Of a stretch of DNA of 48,201 nt, positions 1 to 9,930 are shown one piece after another. Every line of letters starts with the position of its first letter. Positions within the stretch are counted from its first letter, which is position 1. The notes beneath the pieces were generated by a model. The model was given only the letters and a program-made list of their open reading frames with translations. It made no database searches and had not been told where the DNA came from. Location: positions 1 to 48,201 of the IMG/VR virus record IMGVR_UViG_3300023275_000046; one strand, written 5' to 3'. The translations under genes and the position numbers were made by a program. Source of the DNA: a virus. Taxonomy: Duplodnaviria; Caudoviricetes.

Positions 1-1929
1 GCCCTTCATGTACAGCGCGATGCCTTGCAGCATGTCGACGGCGAGAATCTGGCCGCCCCATCCGCCCATGCCGCCGCCGCCGACCGTGGATTGCGCACCA
101 GCAGATCGTGCGCCGCCGGCAGCACCATCGCCGCCGCTCGCGTCCAGTAGGTTCGGGACAACGGGACCGTTACGCAGCAGGAAGAACACGCGAAGCCCGC
201 CACCGCCGCCGCCGAACCCGCCACCGCCGCCGCCGCAGTTCAAGCCGGTCGCCGGCGCTGAGCCAGCCGTTGCGTTGCCACCGGTCGCGGAAATTGCCTT
301 CGCAGGTGTCAACGCGCTTGTCGTCAGCGACCGCGTATACAGCGACCCACGCCCGCCGCCTCGGCCGCCCGTACCGCCGAGGCCGCCGGGGTTTGTGCCA
401 TTGCCTGCGCCGCCGCCGCCGCCGCCGCCGCCGTCGCCACCTGGCAGCGGCTTGATCAACCATAGGTCCGGCGTCGCGCCGGCGCTCATGTCGACGTAGG
501 TGAATTCTTCCTGCGGCATGCGCGGCAGCGCGAAGATCGGCGATCCGATCATGGGAGCGCTGGACTGGCCGCCGAGCGTTGCAGAAGCGCTGCCAGCGCC
601 GCCGCGACCGAAAAGCTGGTTGTAGCCGCCATTCCCGCCCGAAAGCGCGACACGCAGCGCTCCCGATAACGCTGTGTTGCCTCCCGATGGCAACCCGGTT
701 GCGCCGGCGATTCCAGCGAACCCCCAGGAAGGCGCCGTCGTGGCATCCCAGTTGATCGCATGCGGGAGGCACGACGTGATGTCCATGTCGTTCCGTACCC
801 GCATGTTGTAAATCGACATCTGCAGGTTGCAGGTGCCGGTCAGCTTCAAACTGTTGGCGTAGATGTGATCGCGCGCCGTATAGACGCCGCCGCTGAACGT
901 GACCTTCGACGGTAGCGGATTCGTCGCGCCATCGAATACAAGGTCGCCGTCGCCGCCATCACCAAGGACCGTGGCGAGCGAGTCGTAGGCGACCGGCGAG
1001 CCATCGCCCGCGGTGGCGAATACGCGCCCCGCTGGTGCCGGCGCGGCCGCGCTGCCGACCACAAGCTTTGCGCTCGCGTTTGCCGTGGCGCCCGAAGAGT
1101 CGGTGACCTGAAAGATGCAGGCCGAAACACCGCTCGTCGACGTCAGCGCGGTAGGGACGCCGGTGAGTTCGCCGGTGGACTTGTTGAATTTCACCCAAGC
1201 CGGAAGCTGTGCGCCGATTGATCGGACCGTATACGTATAGCCGTCCGCGCCGCCGGCGCCGCTCAACTTTGCGTAGTACGGCTGTCCAATGATCGCCATC
1301 GGCAAGCTGACAGACAGTGAGAGCGCGGGACCGACATTGATCGTCAGCGGAATGAAGGTCTCCGATCCATTCGCATCGACGACGTGCACGGTGAACGTCT
1401 GCGTCACGCCTGTGACGTTGGCTGCCGTCAATACCGGGTTCGTCGATGCAGGGAATGCAATGCCGGCCGGCGCGGTACCGCTGGTGATTGAGTACGTCGC
1501 CGGCAGGGCGAGGTTCTGCAGCAGCGACGACACGTCGAACTGATACGGCTGACCCTGCACCGCGGGCACGGTACCGGTCTTCGACGTCGACCAGCCACCA
1601 GGCGGCTCGATCGTGTAGCCGGTGACGATGTGATACATGCCGGGGAAGGTGTTCAGCAGCGCGTCGGTCACCGTGATACCGAGGTCGAACGATGCTTGGC
1701 TGGCCGGGCAGTTGCCGGTGACTGCGCCGGTGCCGGGATCGACGACGACCCACGCCGGCCCTGACGTCTTTGCGAACGAATACCCGCTTGCGCCACCGAC
1801 GCCCCACACATTGCCGGTGTATGCGTGGCCGCGAACGCAGAAAGGCAGGTTCGCGCCGAGTGTGAGCAGCGTGGCAACCTTCGCCGTCGTGATGGCGGTG
1901 CCAAGGACTTGCTGCCGCTTCGCCGCCAT
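1..1929 (-). CDS. Tail-associated protein with about three Ig-like (He_PIG/cadherin-like) repeats and a glycine-rich C-terminal region; runs off the window edge
   Basis: Absent from the ORF track (no stop in window). Manual translation from ATG 1929 (TGATG overlap with the tape measure stop): MAAKRQQVLGTAITTAKV...GPAWVVVDPGTGAVTG...LPAWVKFNKSTGELTGVPT...GDGGDGDLVFDG...GGDGGGGGGGAG; 643 codons open. Confidence 0.8.
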   Translation of the reverse strand, partial: MAAKRQQVLGTAITTAKVATLLTLGANLPFCVRGHAYTGNVWGVGGASGYSFAKTSGPAWVVVDPGTGAVTGNCPASQASFDLGITVTDALLNTFPGMYHIVTGYTIEPPGGWSTSKTGTVPAVQGQPYQFDVSSLLQNLALPATYSITSGTAPAGIAFPASTNPVLTAANVTGVTQTFTVHVVDANGSETFIPLTINVGPALSLSVSLPMAIIGQPYYAKLSGAGGADGYTYTVRSIGAQLPAWVKFNKSTGELTGVPTALTSTSGVSACIFQVTDSSGATANASAKLVVGSAAAPAPAGRVFATAGDGSPVAYDSLATVLGDGGDGDLVFDGATNPLPSKVTFSGGVYTARDHIYANSLKLTGTCNLQMSIYNMRVRNDMDITSCLPHAINWDATTAPSWGFAGIAGATGLPSGGNTALSGALRVALSGGNGGYNQLFGRGGAGSASATLGGQSSAPMIGSPIFALPRMPQEEFTYVDMSAGATPDLWLIKPLPGGDGGGGGGGGAGNGTNPGGLGGTGGRGGGRGSLYTRSLTTSALTPAKAISATGGNATAGSAPATGLNCGGGGGGFGGGGGGLRVFFLLRNGPVVPNLLDASGGDGAAGGARSAGAQSTVGGGGMGGWGGQILAVDMLQGIALYMKG

Positions 1930-4900
1930 CAGCGACCACTCCGCGGGCGGCCGGCGGCCGATTCGACGACACCGCGCTCGAGCGAGCGGCCAAGGTCGGA
2001 CGTCTCGGTCACGACGTTGCGCACCTCACGCACGATGTCTTCGTTGCCTTCGCGCGCTACCGCAAGGATCTGATCGAGGCGATCGCGTACGTCGGCCAGC
2101 AACTGCACCGAGGGGCCGTTCGCGATCGCTGCGCCTGCCGTCTGGCCCGGCGTCGCGTACGTCGGCATGGCGTGGCCGGAATGCCCGTGCGGGAGGAAGA
2201 CAAGGTTAGACGTGTCGCTGTCGCCCGGCACATTCGGCACGACGCCGTCGCGCGAGCGTGGATCCGTATTCGAAATCGGTTGCACGGGAGCAGGCAACCC
2301 GGCGATATCGTAAAGCGCGGCGATAAGGCGATTGAAATTCCCGTCGAGGGAATCCGGGATCGCGTTTTCCATGTCCACGGAGTTTTGCAGGTACTTGTCG
2401 AGGTCGGCACCCGATAGGCCGAGGTCTTTCGCCAAATCCTTCAAGCTGAGGTGCAGCGAGTCGGCCACCTGCTGGAAGCTCTCGTGCTGCGCGTTTGCCA
2501 GCGACGCGACGTTCTGCGCGATCGTCTGCGCGTCGGCGGTTCGCTGTGCTGCCGATTGCTGTGCCGACTGCGCAGAGCCGGCGAGGGAGCCGCTACCGCC
2601 GCCTGCCGCTCCGCCGACGTTGTTGTCGCGGCGGTTTGCGAGCGAATTGAAGAGGTCGACATATTGCTGCGACGAACCGTAGAGGCGCTGGCCGATGGTC
2701 AGCACGTCCTGCTTGGAGACCATCCCCTGGTCGAACTTCTGCAGGGCGTACTGGAGCTTCTGGTTGTCGTTGAGCGGGCTGAGGTCGCCAAGCAAGAGCT
2801 GCACGGCCGCGGATGCCGACTCCGCAACCGACGTGATCGCCGAGCCGAAGCCATGCAGCGCGGCTGTGCCGCCGTTCGCGGAATCGCCGATGCTTTGCCC
2901 GTTGTGGTACAGCTTGTCGACCAGGTCCTGTGTCGACGACTGCAGCTCCGCGATCGCGTCGGAAATCTCTTTCGCCGCCACCTGATGGATCAGCGTCAGG
3001 TCTTGCTCGCTGGCGCCCTGCAGGCCCGCCGCCTTCGCCAGCGCGTTGGCTTGCTTGACCGTGTCGCGTTCCCACTGCTCAATCTGCAGGCGCGCCGTCG
3101 CAAACGCGCTGAGCTTGCCGGATTGATTCGCGAGGTCTCCGATGAAGTCACCGTAGCTCGCAAGGGACGTCGCGCGCTTTTCAAGGTCGTTGTAATAGGC
3201 GTCCGACGTGTCGGTCAGGCGAAGCAGCGTAGCGATCTGTGCGCGGCCCGCCTCCGTCGTGGCGTCGAGCGAGTTCATCAGCGCATACATGCCATCGCGC
3301 GTGGTCGGCAGCGTAAGGCCGACTTGCGACAGACCCGAATTGAGCGCGTCGGTCTCGTACTGGAACTTGGCACTGTCGGGCGCGAACTTGTCGACGAACG
3401 ACTGCATGCTCGAGATGAATGCGTCGAGTCCGCCGGCGGCTTGGACGAGGCCGTCAGCGATCTGCGCGAATTTCTCGGGGTCCGTTTCATTGACGGTGAT
3501 ACCGAGCCGCTTGAACGCCTCCTGCGATACCTGCACCTCGGTCGCGACACGCACCAGCGTTTCGCCTAATCCTTCGCCCACTTGTTGGAACTGACCGATG
3601 AAAGGCACGATCGCGCCCGCCAACCCATCGAACAGCTTCGAAAAAACGGCCTCCAGCGCCTTTTGCTGATCCTCTGCCGAAAGTCCCTGCAGGCTGATCC
3701 GCTGTTCCTCGACCTGAAACTTTGCCATCGCGGCGTCGATGTCCGCCGGCAACAGACCGAGCGCGAGCGCGCCCTGCCGCACCGTGTCGGCAATCGACTT
3801 GATGACGAGCTGGAATTGTTTGCCGAATTCGTCCGATATATCGACGAGCTGGTCATCTGTCCCGCCGCCGCCGAACAAGCCGCCGCTGGTCTTGATCGTT
3901 TCGTACGCACCGACCATGACCTGATTGAGCATGTCGTTCAGAGCGCCGCCGGCGATGACGATGCCCTGGTCGATGACCTTTTGCTTGCCGCCGAACAGCA
4001 GGTTGCCGATCGCTCCGCCAAGCGGATCCTTACCGAACGGATCGCCGATGTTGAATCCGTCGCTCGCGCCGGCGAACTGAGCGTCGCCGGCGCCGCGTGC
4101 GAGCTGGTTACCGGCCGCACCGAGCGCGTTCTGCAACGCCTGCAGCGCAGTGAGCATCCCCCGATTGAGGCCGACGAGCTGCGTCGTCGCGTTCGCGGTG
4201 ATGTCGATCGCCTTGGCGATGCTCTCGCTCTGCGCTGCGGTATCACCGAGCACGGAGCCGGTGCCCTGAACTTTCTGCCGCACCTCAGCCGAGTCCGAAG
4301 ATGGACCGCCGCCACCGCCGAACCCGCCGATGTCAACGCCGAGCGCGGCGACCGCGGCCGCCATGGCCGCCATGCGCGCGAAGGCGGTGTACGGGTCGCC
4401 CTGGCCCTGATTCAGCACCGCGCTGATTGCCTGCGCGACCGAGAGCGCATCGATAGCGACTTGAAATGCCTGGAACGCCTTCGAGCCGTCCTTTGTCATC
4501 GACTGAAGGCTGCGGAGGCCTGTCTGAGCGCTGTCGACGATGTTCACCACGATTTTCTGCCTCGTGGCGTCGAGCGTGCGATTGAGCACGAGCAGTTCGG
4601 CAGGATTCCACGTATCGGCCAGCTTCGCCTTCACCTTGTCGAGGTTTTCGAGAAGCTGATCGAATTCGGATTTAGAGCCGAACTGCTCGACGAGACTGAT
4701 GACTGGAGCGTTGTCGCGAATATCGGCCAGTTGTTGCAGCCGAGTAGCAAGTCCATCGGCAACGTCCTGCTGGGACCGGCCTTTATCAATCGAGTCCTGC
4801 GCGTCTTTGTTCGCCTGCACTACGCCCCTGTCGTACGCGACCTGTGCGGCGGTGAGCCCCATAAGCTTGTCGCGCTGTGCGCCGAGCTGCGCGGCCAATG

Positions 4901-7067
4901 CGTCGTTGCCGGTTTGGAGCTTGTTCCGCTTCGCAATCTCGTCGTTCGTGTGCGCCAGGTTGTCGCGCAGCAGATCCTCGCCTTTCTGCCACTTCGCCAG
5001 AATGTCCGTGATGTCGCCGCCGGCGATGGCGAGGGCGTACGCCTTTTGCTGAAGGTCGCCCATCCCTTTCTGAAAATCCGCCTGCGCCTTGTCGGTCGCG
5101 CTCATGCCGCCGCCGAGCGTCAGCAGCATGTCGTTCAACGACTTGTCGGCGGCCGCCAACTGAGCCGCGGCGGCGGCCGCTTCTCGGTCGGCCTTCGCGG
5201 CATCGCGAGCGGCCTTCCCGTGGTCTCCATACTTTTCGTTGATTTCCGCGAGCTGCTTGTCGTACTCGCCGCCGGAGAACCCGGTATCGGTTTTCTGCAC
5301 GTCGGCAAGACGAGGGTTATCGCCGGCGTTGGGCCCGTTGAACAGCGCAGTGAAGCGATTGTTTAGTTCTTGGATCGCCTTCGCTTTCTGCGCCTGCTTG
5401 TCGAGCGCGAGCGACGAGGCGTCGATGGCTTTTTGCGCCTCGACCTCAGCGTCAGCGAGCGCGTGTTGCTTGCGCGCATCATCGTCGACTTTCTGTTGCG
5501 CAGCCGCGCGATCCTGCAGCGACTTGATGAGCGCACTGTTGGCCGCCTCTTCCTTCGCAAGTTTGTCGGCGTACGTCGGATCGAAGTTGGCTAGGAAGCC
5601 CGTCACGCCGCCGGCGCTAAGGCTTTTCTTCCGCTCTGCGATGTCGAACTGATCGGTGTATGCGCTCGCGAGTTGACCCTGCAGGTCGGTGCGGCCCACT
5701 TGCTTTAGGTTGTCGATTGCACCGCCGATGGCGTCCTTAACGCCGCGCCATGCTTTTTCCACGATGCCGGCGCTGTCGACCATCGCTTGGCGGCGACTCT
5801 CCATCGTGTCGGCGAGCGTCTTGACTGCGAGAGTAGTGGCGCCCTGCGTATCCCCCTCGTCCTGCAGCGCTTTGATCTGGTCGTAAATCGCGCCGGTCAG
5901 GAAGTGGTATTGCTCGTTTAGCTTCTCCACGCCGTCGAGAGGGTCTTTCGCGAGCTTGTCTAATTCGTCGACCGCCTTGCTGACGGACTCGCCCGTCACC
6001 GCGGCCAGGGAAACGGCGCCGTTGGCTGCCAGTTCGAACGCGCTTCCCGAAAGCTTCCCCGATGCGGCGAGCTTCGTGATCGCCTCTGTGGCCTCGCCGT
6101 ACTCGCCAGTGGCCGCGCCGATTGCGCTGGCCTGGTCGCGCAGCGAGCCGACCGACTGGCCGGCGTAGTTGCCAGTAGCGATGAGCGCTTTGTTGAACGC
6201 TGCCGCCTCACGCTCGCCCGAGACGAACGTACCGATGACCACGGCCATGATGGCGGCGACGATGCCGATCGCGACGCCGAGCGGCGAGAACGCCGTCGCG
6301 AGCAGCCCCGTTCGGTTTGCGAGGGTCAGCAGCGAGCCTTGAAACTTGGTGAAGTCGCCGCGCGACATTTCCGCAGCGAGCACGCCGATTTCGCGCTTGG
6401 CGGCGGCGCTGTTGAACGACAGGTGCGATGCAGCCTCGCCGGCGCCAGTCAGTGCTGCGCGCGACGCGTTGATCTTCGCGGTGTAGTCGGCGAATCCTTC
6501 GTCGTCGATCAGACCTTTCGACTTGGCCTTGGCGAGCTGCGACTGCATCGCGTCGAGTTCGCCAAGCTTCGCCACGGCGGGGTTGATCCGGCCGAGCAGC
6601 TTGTTCAACTCGTCGCCTTCATCCTTCGTTGAACGAGTGGCGGCAACTGCCTGTTGCGCGAGTCGGCCCTGCGACGCGCTGAGGGCGTCTGCGCGCTCAC
6701 GTACGCGACCCGCGGATGCTGCGCTGAGGTCAAGTTGCTTGTTGAGCGCGGCGGCCGCGTCGGCGCTAAGGCCGCTGCGTTCGGCCAGGGTCTTCGAGTT
6801 TTCGCCGAGGTTACGCGTCGCATCGGCAGCGGCGACGGACGCTGCGACCATTGCCTTGATGCGGCCCGCGGCTTGCTCTTGGCTCTCGCCGAACGCATTG
6901 ACCGACTCGGTAGCTTTGTCGAGTCCATCGCTCGCCGTCTTGCCGGCGGCGGCAGCGGCGTCGCCAACTTGCTTGATCGCCGCCACGCCTTCGGACGCGC
7001 CCGACTTCATGCCGGACGCGTCGAGCTTCAGCGCAAACGTAACGGTTCGATTGTCGCCTGCGGCCAC
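1929..7067 (-). CDS. Tail length tape measure protein (1712 aa)
   Basis: Very long Ala/Gly-rich helical ORF downstream of tail tube and chaperones; lambda-like TMP segment (FNKALIATGNYAG...LAKDPLDGVEKLNEQYHFLT). Confidence 0.93.
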   Translation of the reverse strand: MAAGDNRTVTFALKLDASGMKSGASEGVAAIKQVGDAAAAAGKTASDGLDKATESVNAFGESQEQAAGRIKAMVAASVAAADATRNLGENSKTLAERSGLSADAAAALNKQLDLSAASAGRVRERADALSASQGRLAQQAVAATRSTKDEGDELNKLLGRINPAVAKLGELDAMQSQLAKAKSKGLIDDEGFADYTAKINASRAALTGAGEAASHLSFNSAAAKREIGVLAAEMSRGDFTKFQGSLLTLANRTGLLATAFSPLGVAIGIVAAIMAVVIGTFVSGEREAAAFNKALIATGNYAGQSVGSLRDQASAIGAATGEYGEATEAITKLAASGKLSGSAFELAANGAVSLAAVTGESVSKAVDELDKLAKDPLDGVEKLNEQYHFLTGAIYDQIKALQDEGDTQGATTLAVKTLADTMESRRQAMVDSAGIVEKAWRGVKDAIGGAIDNLKQVGRTDLQGQLASAYTDQFDIAERKKSLSAGGVTGFLANFDPTYADKLAKEEAANSALIKSLQDRAAAQQKVDDDARKQHALADAEVEAQKAIDASSLALDKQAQKAKAIQELNNRFTALFNGPNAGDNPRLADVQKTDTGFSGGEYDKQLAEINEKYGDHGKAARDAAKADREAAAAAAQLAAADKSLNDMLLTLGGGMSATDKAQADFQKGMGDLQQKAYALAIAGGDITDILAKWQKGEDLLRDNLAHTNDEIAKRNKLQTGNDALAAQLGAQRDKLMGLTAAQVAYDRGVVQANKDAQDSIDKGRSQQDVADGLATRLQQLADIRDNAPVISLVEQFGSKSEFDQLLENLDKVKAKLADTWNPAELLVLNRTLDATRQKIVVNIVDSAQTGLRSLQSMTKDGSKAFQAFQVAIDALSVAQAISAVLNQGQGDPYTAFARMAAMAAAVAALGVDIGGFGGGGGPSSDSAEVRQKVQGTGSVLGDTAAQSESIAKAIDITANATTQLVGLNRGMLTALQALQNALGAAGNQLARGAGDAQFAGASDGFNIGDPFGKDPLGGAIGNLLFGGKQKVIDQGIVIAGGALNDMLNQVMVGAYETIKTSGGLFGGGGTDDQLVDISDEFGKQFQLVIKSIADTVRQGALALGLLPADIDAAMAKFQVEEQRISLQGLSAEDQQKALEAVFSKLFDGLAGAIVPFIGQFQQVGEGLGETLVRVATEVQVSQEAFKRLGITVNETDPEKFAQIADGLVQAAGGLDAFISSMQSFVDKFAPDSAKFQYETDALNSGLSQVGLTLPTTRDGMYALMNSLDATTEAGRAQIATLLRLTDTSDAYYNDLEKRATSLASYGDFIGDLANQSGKLSAFATARLQIEQWERDTVKQANALAKAAGLQGASEQDLTLIHQVAAKEISDAIAELQSSTQDLVDKLYHNGQSIGDSANGGTAALHGFGSAITSVAESASAAVQLLLGDLSPLNDNQKLQYALQKFDQGMVSKQDVLTIGQRLYGSSQQYVDLFNSLANRRDNNVGGAAGGGSGSLAGSAQSAQQSAAQRTADAQTIAQNVASLANAQHESFQQVADSLHLSLKDLAKDLGLSGADLDKYLQNSVDMENAIPDSLDGNFNRLIAALYDIAGLPAPVQPISNTDPRSRDGVVPNVPGDSDTSNLVFLPHGHSGHAMPTYATPGQTAGAAIANGPSVQLLADVRDRLDQILAVAREGNEDIVREVRNVVTETSDLGRSLERGVVESAAGRPRSGR

Positions 7068-7462
7068 TATTTTCCGTCCTTATCGTTCATTACGGCCGCT
7101 ACGACTTGCGCCATGTGTTGCACCCCATCGAGCACGTCCGGCTCTTCCTCGTACGGCACGTGCATGAGGTGGCACGCCGCTTCGATTTCCCTTGCGGTGA
7201 CGCCTTGCCAGAACACCCCCATACCCACGGCGATCTGCGGTTGGCACCGCAAGAACACTTCGGCGGTGCGTAGGTTCTGGTCGAGGACGTCGATCACGAT
7301 GTAACGAGGCGCGTCGCTTATTTCCTCGTCAGCGACGTCTGATGTTTCGGTGCCATCCGCGGCGATCGTGATCGGCTCGCCGCGGATGGGTTCTGTCGGT
7401 TGATCCGCATCCGTTTCCGAGGGCTTCCCGATCAGCGCCCGCGCAACTTCAATCCGTTTCGG
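7067..7462 (-). CDS. Tail assembly chaperone GT part (DUF1799-like), probably reached by -1 frameshift
   Basis: Open in the -1 frame overlapping the end of the chaperone; NLRTAEVFLRCQPQIAVGMGVFWQG; position before the tape measure gene. Confidence 0.65.
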   Translation of the reverse strand, partial: PKRIEVARALIGKPSETDADQPTEPIRGEPITIAADGTETSDVADEEISDAPRYIVIDVLDQNLRTAEVFLRCQPQIAVGMGVFWQGVTAREIEAACHLMHVPYEEEPDVLDGVQHMAQVVAAVMNDKDGK

Positions 7463-7776
7463 CGGCGGGCATCCCCGTACTGCTCGAAGTACGCGTCGAC
7501 GAAGCCGGCGAGCGCCCACATCGACACGGGGCCTTCGCAGAACCATGCCGTGGCGGCTTCACCTTCCAGGCCATCCGGGCAGCCGTGAACGGCAGTGACG
7601 AGTTCGTCGAAATACTCTCGATCCTCGAGGTTTTTTTCGCGCAGTGCGGTGATTTCCTTTTTCGGGCGCACCTTGCAGTCGAGGGTGAAATAGCCTTTGC
7701 CGACCGGGCAATCCAATTCGAGCTTGAGCGGGAAAGTCGCTACGGGTTTGAAAACGAAAGTTGCGGGCGTGCTCAT
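7432..7776 (-). CDS. Tail assembly chaperone (gpG-like, 114 aa)
   Basis: ATG 7776 preceded by AGGAG; MSTPATFVFKPVATFPLKLELDCP...; position after the tail tube gene. Confidence 0.75.
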   Translation of the reverse strand: MSTPATFVFKPVATFPLKLELDCPVGKGYFTLDCKVRPKKEITALREKNLEDREYFDELVTAVHGCPDGLEGEAATAWFCEGPVSMWALAGFVDAYFEQYGDARRRNGLKLRGR

Positions 7777-7841
7777 CGAATACTCCTGAGTTAAGGCGCG
7801 CCGGCTCGCACCGGCGCGCGTGTTCGTGACGCGTCGTGTCG

Positions 7842-8825
7842 TTACGGGTTGGTGTCGCCAAACTCGATGTAGAACTCGTCGCCGCCAGCGGACGAGGCGA
7901 TGCACGGGCCGGTCAGCTCCCAACCGGCATCGCCGTCGATATCGACCTCGTTGATGTTCTCGATCTGGCCGCGGAAGCCGAGTTCGGAATACAGGAGGTT
8001 GCTGTCGAGCTGGCGGATGTTGGCCGTGATGATCTGGCCGGCATCGCGCACCGCCCAAGGATTGAAATCGGCGAGCGAGGTTCGAGCGATGCGATACGTA
8101 AACGAGGCCAAGCGATCGTCGACGGCATTGACCTTGAGCGACGTGTATTCCTTCGTCACAAGTTTGTTGCCGAAGTCGATGCCGAGGTTCTTCGCCCACA
8201 CGAGCAGGTTGACCGTCGCGCCATTCACGGAAACGATCTTCGAGGTGCCATTCTTCGACGTCAGAATGGCCGGGACGACGCTCGGCACGACGATCGCCGG
8301 AAGGTTCTCGTTGGTGACCGTGTCGTAGGTGCCTTGAATGCGCGTCTTGCCCTTGAAGCGATCGCCGATCGCCATCGACAGACCGGTGATGTTGTTGCGA
8401 GCGCCGAGGATCTTTTTCTTGATGTCGACGTTCCAGCCGTACGCCGAAGCCGTCTTGATACCGACGCTGATCGGGTTGTAGCGCGTCGTCTTCGCCACAG
8501 CGTCCTTGACGACGGTCATGCCGGCCGGGAGCAACAGCACCTCGTTGTCGCAGCTGGACGTCGCCGCGGCGCCGGGCGTCAGCGGCGGATACAGCTCGAA
8601 GTCGCCCTCGATAAAGGCGCGCTTGTTGCCGACCAGAAAGGGCGTGTTCGTGAAGTAGGGCGTATCGGTCGGCCGTTCGACCTTGTCGAACTCGGTGCCG
8701 CTGGTGCCGTCGAACAGCAGGACGCCGTTCGTCGCAGCGGCCGGGGTGGCGTCCACGCCTTCGTTCGTCTCGATCTTGATCGCGACGCCGCGGCGCTTGA
8801 ATTTGTCGAGTGCGGGCTGAGCCAT
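7842..8825 (-). CDS. Major tail tube protein
   Basis: 327 aa, KIETNEGVDATP motif, beta-rich, GAGGA RBS, position before the chaperones. Confidence 0.8.
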   Translation of the reverse strand: MAQPALDKFKRRGVAIKIETNEGVDATPAAATNGVLLFDGTSGTEFDKVERPTDTPYFTNTPFLVGNKRAFIEGDFELYPPLTPGAAATSSCDNEVLLLPAGMTVVKDAVAKTTRYNPISVGIKTASAYGWNVDIKKKILGARNNITGLSMAIGDRFKGKTRIQGTYDTVTNENLPAIVVPSVVPAILTSKNGTSKIVSVNGATVNLLVWAKNLGIDFGNKLVTKEYTSLKVNAVDDRLASFTYRIARTSLADFNPWAVRDAGQIITANIRQLDSNLLYSELGFRGQIENINEVDIDGDAGWELTGPCIASSAGGDEFYIEFGDTNP

Positions 8826-8828
8826 TGC

Positions 8829-9002
8829 TTATTCCTCGTTCTGCTTGCGCTGGCGCTTCGGCCGCGGCGCGGGGTCGGTTGCGGTTTCGCTGGCATCCGC
8901 CGGCGCTTGCTCTGCAGCGTCCACGTCGAGGACGCACTTGCCGTCGATCACGCGCCACGGTCCGTGGGCCGTCGGCGTGAACGGCGCGGGTGTCTCTTTC
9001 AT
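8829..9002 (-). CDS. Small hypothetical tail-region protein (57 aa)
   Basis: MKETPAPFTPTAHGPWRVIDGK...; TGATG coupling to the upstream gene, GAGGA RBS. Confidence 0.6.
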   Translation of the reverse strand: MKETPAPFTPTAHGPWRVIDGKCVLDVDAAEQAPADASETATDPAPRPKRQRKQNEE

Positions 9003-9442
9003 CACGTGTTCCTCGCGTAGGTGACTTCGGTGAAAAACACCATGTCGACGACGAGCACGCTTTCGGCCGCGGGACCGTCGCCGCTCGAGACCCAGGCGAA
9101 CCCCTGATCGGCGCCGGCGGGCGCCCACGTCAGCATTGCTGCGGACACGCGGTCGCAGAGGTCTGTCTCGCGATCCTCGGCGTCGGTCTCGCCGTCTACG
9201 AAGCGAGGCATCACGACGCGCAACGCGATTTCGATGCGCATGGTCTGGCGGTACTGGCCGGAATAGCCGTCGCCGTTGTCGAGGCGAAATGCTCGTTGTG
9301 CGCCGACCCACACGGCCGGCCAGACCCTCATCAGGTCTGCGGTGTAGTTGCGTTCCTTCGTCGTGCCGACGCGCACCGTGTCGTCGCTGAGCTGCGCGAT
9401 CAGGTGTTCCTTGCACTCACGAAGCGAGAGGCGGCCGTTCAT
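9002..9442 (-). CDS. Putative tail terminator protein
   Basis: 146 aa from ATG 9442 (ATGA overlap); WPAVWV motif; synteny. Confidence 0.6.
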   Translation of the reverse strand: MNGRLSLRECKEHLIAQLSDDTVRVGTTKERNYTADLMRVWPAVWVGAQRAFRLDNGDGYSGQYRQTMRIEIALRVVMPRFVDGETDAEDRETDLCDRVSAAMLTWAPAGADQGFAWVSSGDGPAAESVLVVDMVFFTEVTYARNT

Positions 9443-9930
9443 GCCGAGGTCTCGCCGAGGAACGACTGCAAGGCGCGCTCGATCGGGAGCAGCGCTTCCT
9501 GCGCCCACGCGCCAGGAAGCTCGGCCTGCCCGTCCTCGTGGATCGGGAAGAAGGGGCGGGCGACCGCGCGGCCGTTGCCGAATTGATTGGCCGGCGCGCG
9601 TGGATCCGGCAATCCGTTGCCGATCGACACCGTAGCGCCCGCTTCGGTCTGAACGACTTCAAGGCTGGCGTACATGGCCGTCGTGTCGATCAGAATTTGG
9701 GTCGAATCGTTTTCTCGCTTCACCCGGCGCTTGAGCGTTGCTTTCTTCAATGGCGCCCACGGATGGCCGAACGGGTCCGTTTCGTCACGGAACGTGGTAC
9801 GGATGTTCTGCGCGACCGAGTCGGCGGCGTCGCGCTCGGCGCGCTTCGCCACGGCCTCGGGAGTGCCGAGGCGTGCAAGCACGGCCAGCACACGCGAGTC
9901 GTCGATGTCGAATTGAACGGCGCCGGTCAT
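9439..9930 (-). CDS. Phage virion morphogenesis (tail completion, Mu gpG-like) protein
   Basis: FRDETDPFGHPWAPLKKATLKRR...ILIDT...QFG...ARPFF motifs; ATG 9930. Confidence 0.85.
   Translation of the reverse strand: MTGAVQFDIDDSRVLAVLARLGTPEAVAKRAERDAADSVAQNIRTTFRDETDPFGHPWAPLKKATLKRRVKRENDSTQILIDTTAMYASLEVVQTEAGATVSIGNGLPDPRAPANQFGNGRAVARPFFPIHEDGQAELPGAWAQEALLPIERALQSFLGETSA

Noticed and set aside
410-432. (GCC)n runs and a Pro-rich plus-strand ORF (8..499)
   Set aside because: Antisense shadow of poly-Gly codons in the minus-strand tail protein; not a separate gene or microsatellite locus
2451-5366. Long plus-strand ORFs (372 and 594 aa), and similar ones opposite the capsid, tail tube, portal and primase genes
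   Set aside because: Antisense shadows typical of high-GC DNA; no motifs or RBS
7630-7636. Perfect A AAA AAC slippery heptamer inside the tail chaperone
   Set aside because: The -1 frame from here reaches TGA at 7561-7559, so it cannot produce the GT fusion
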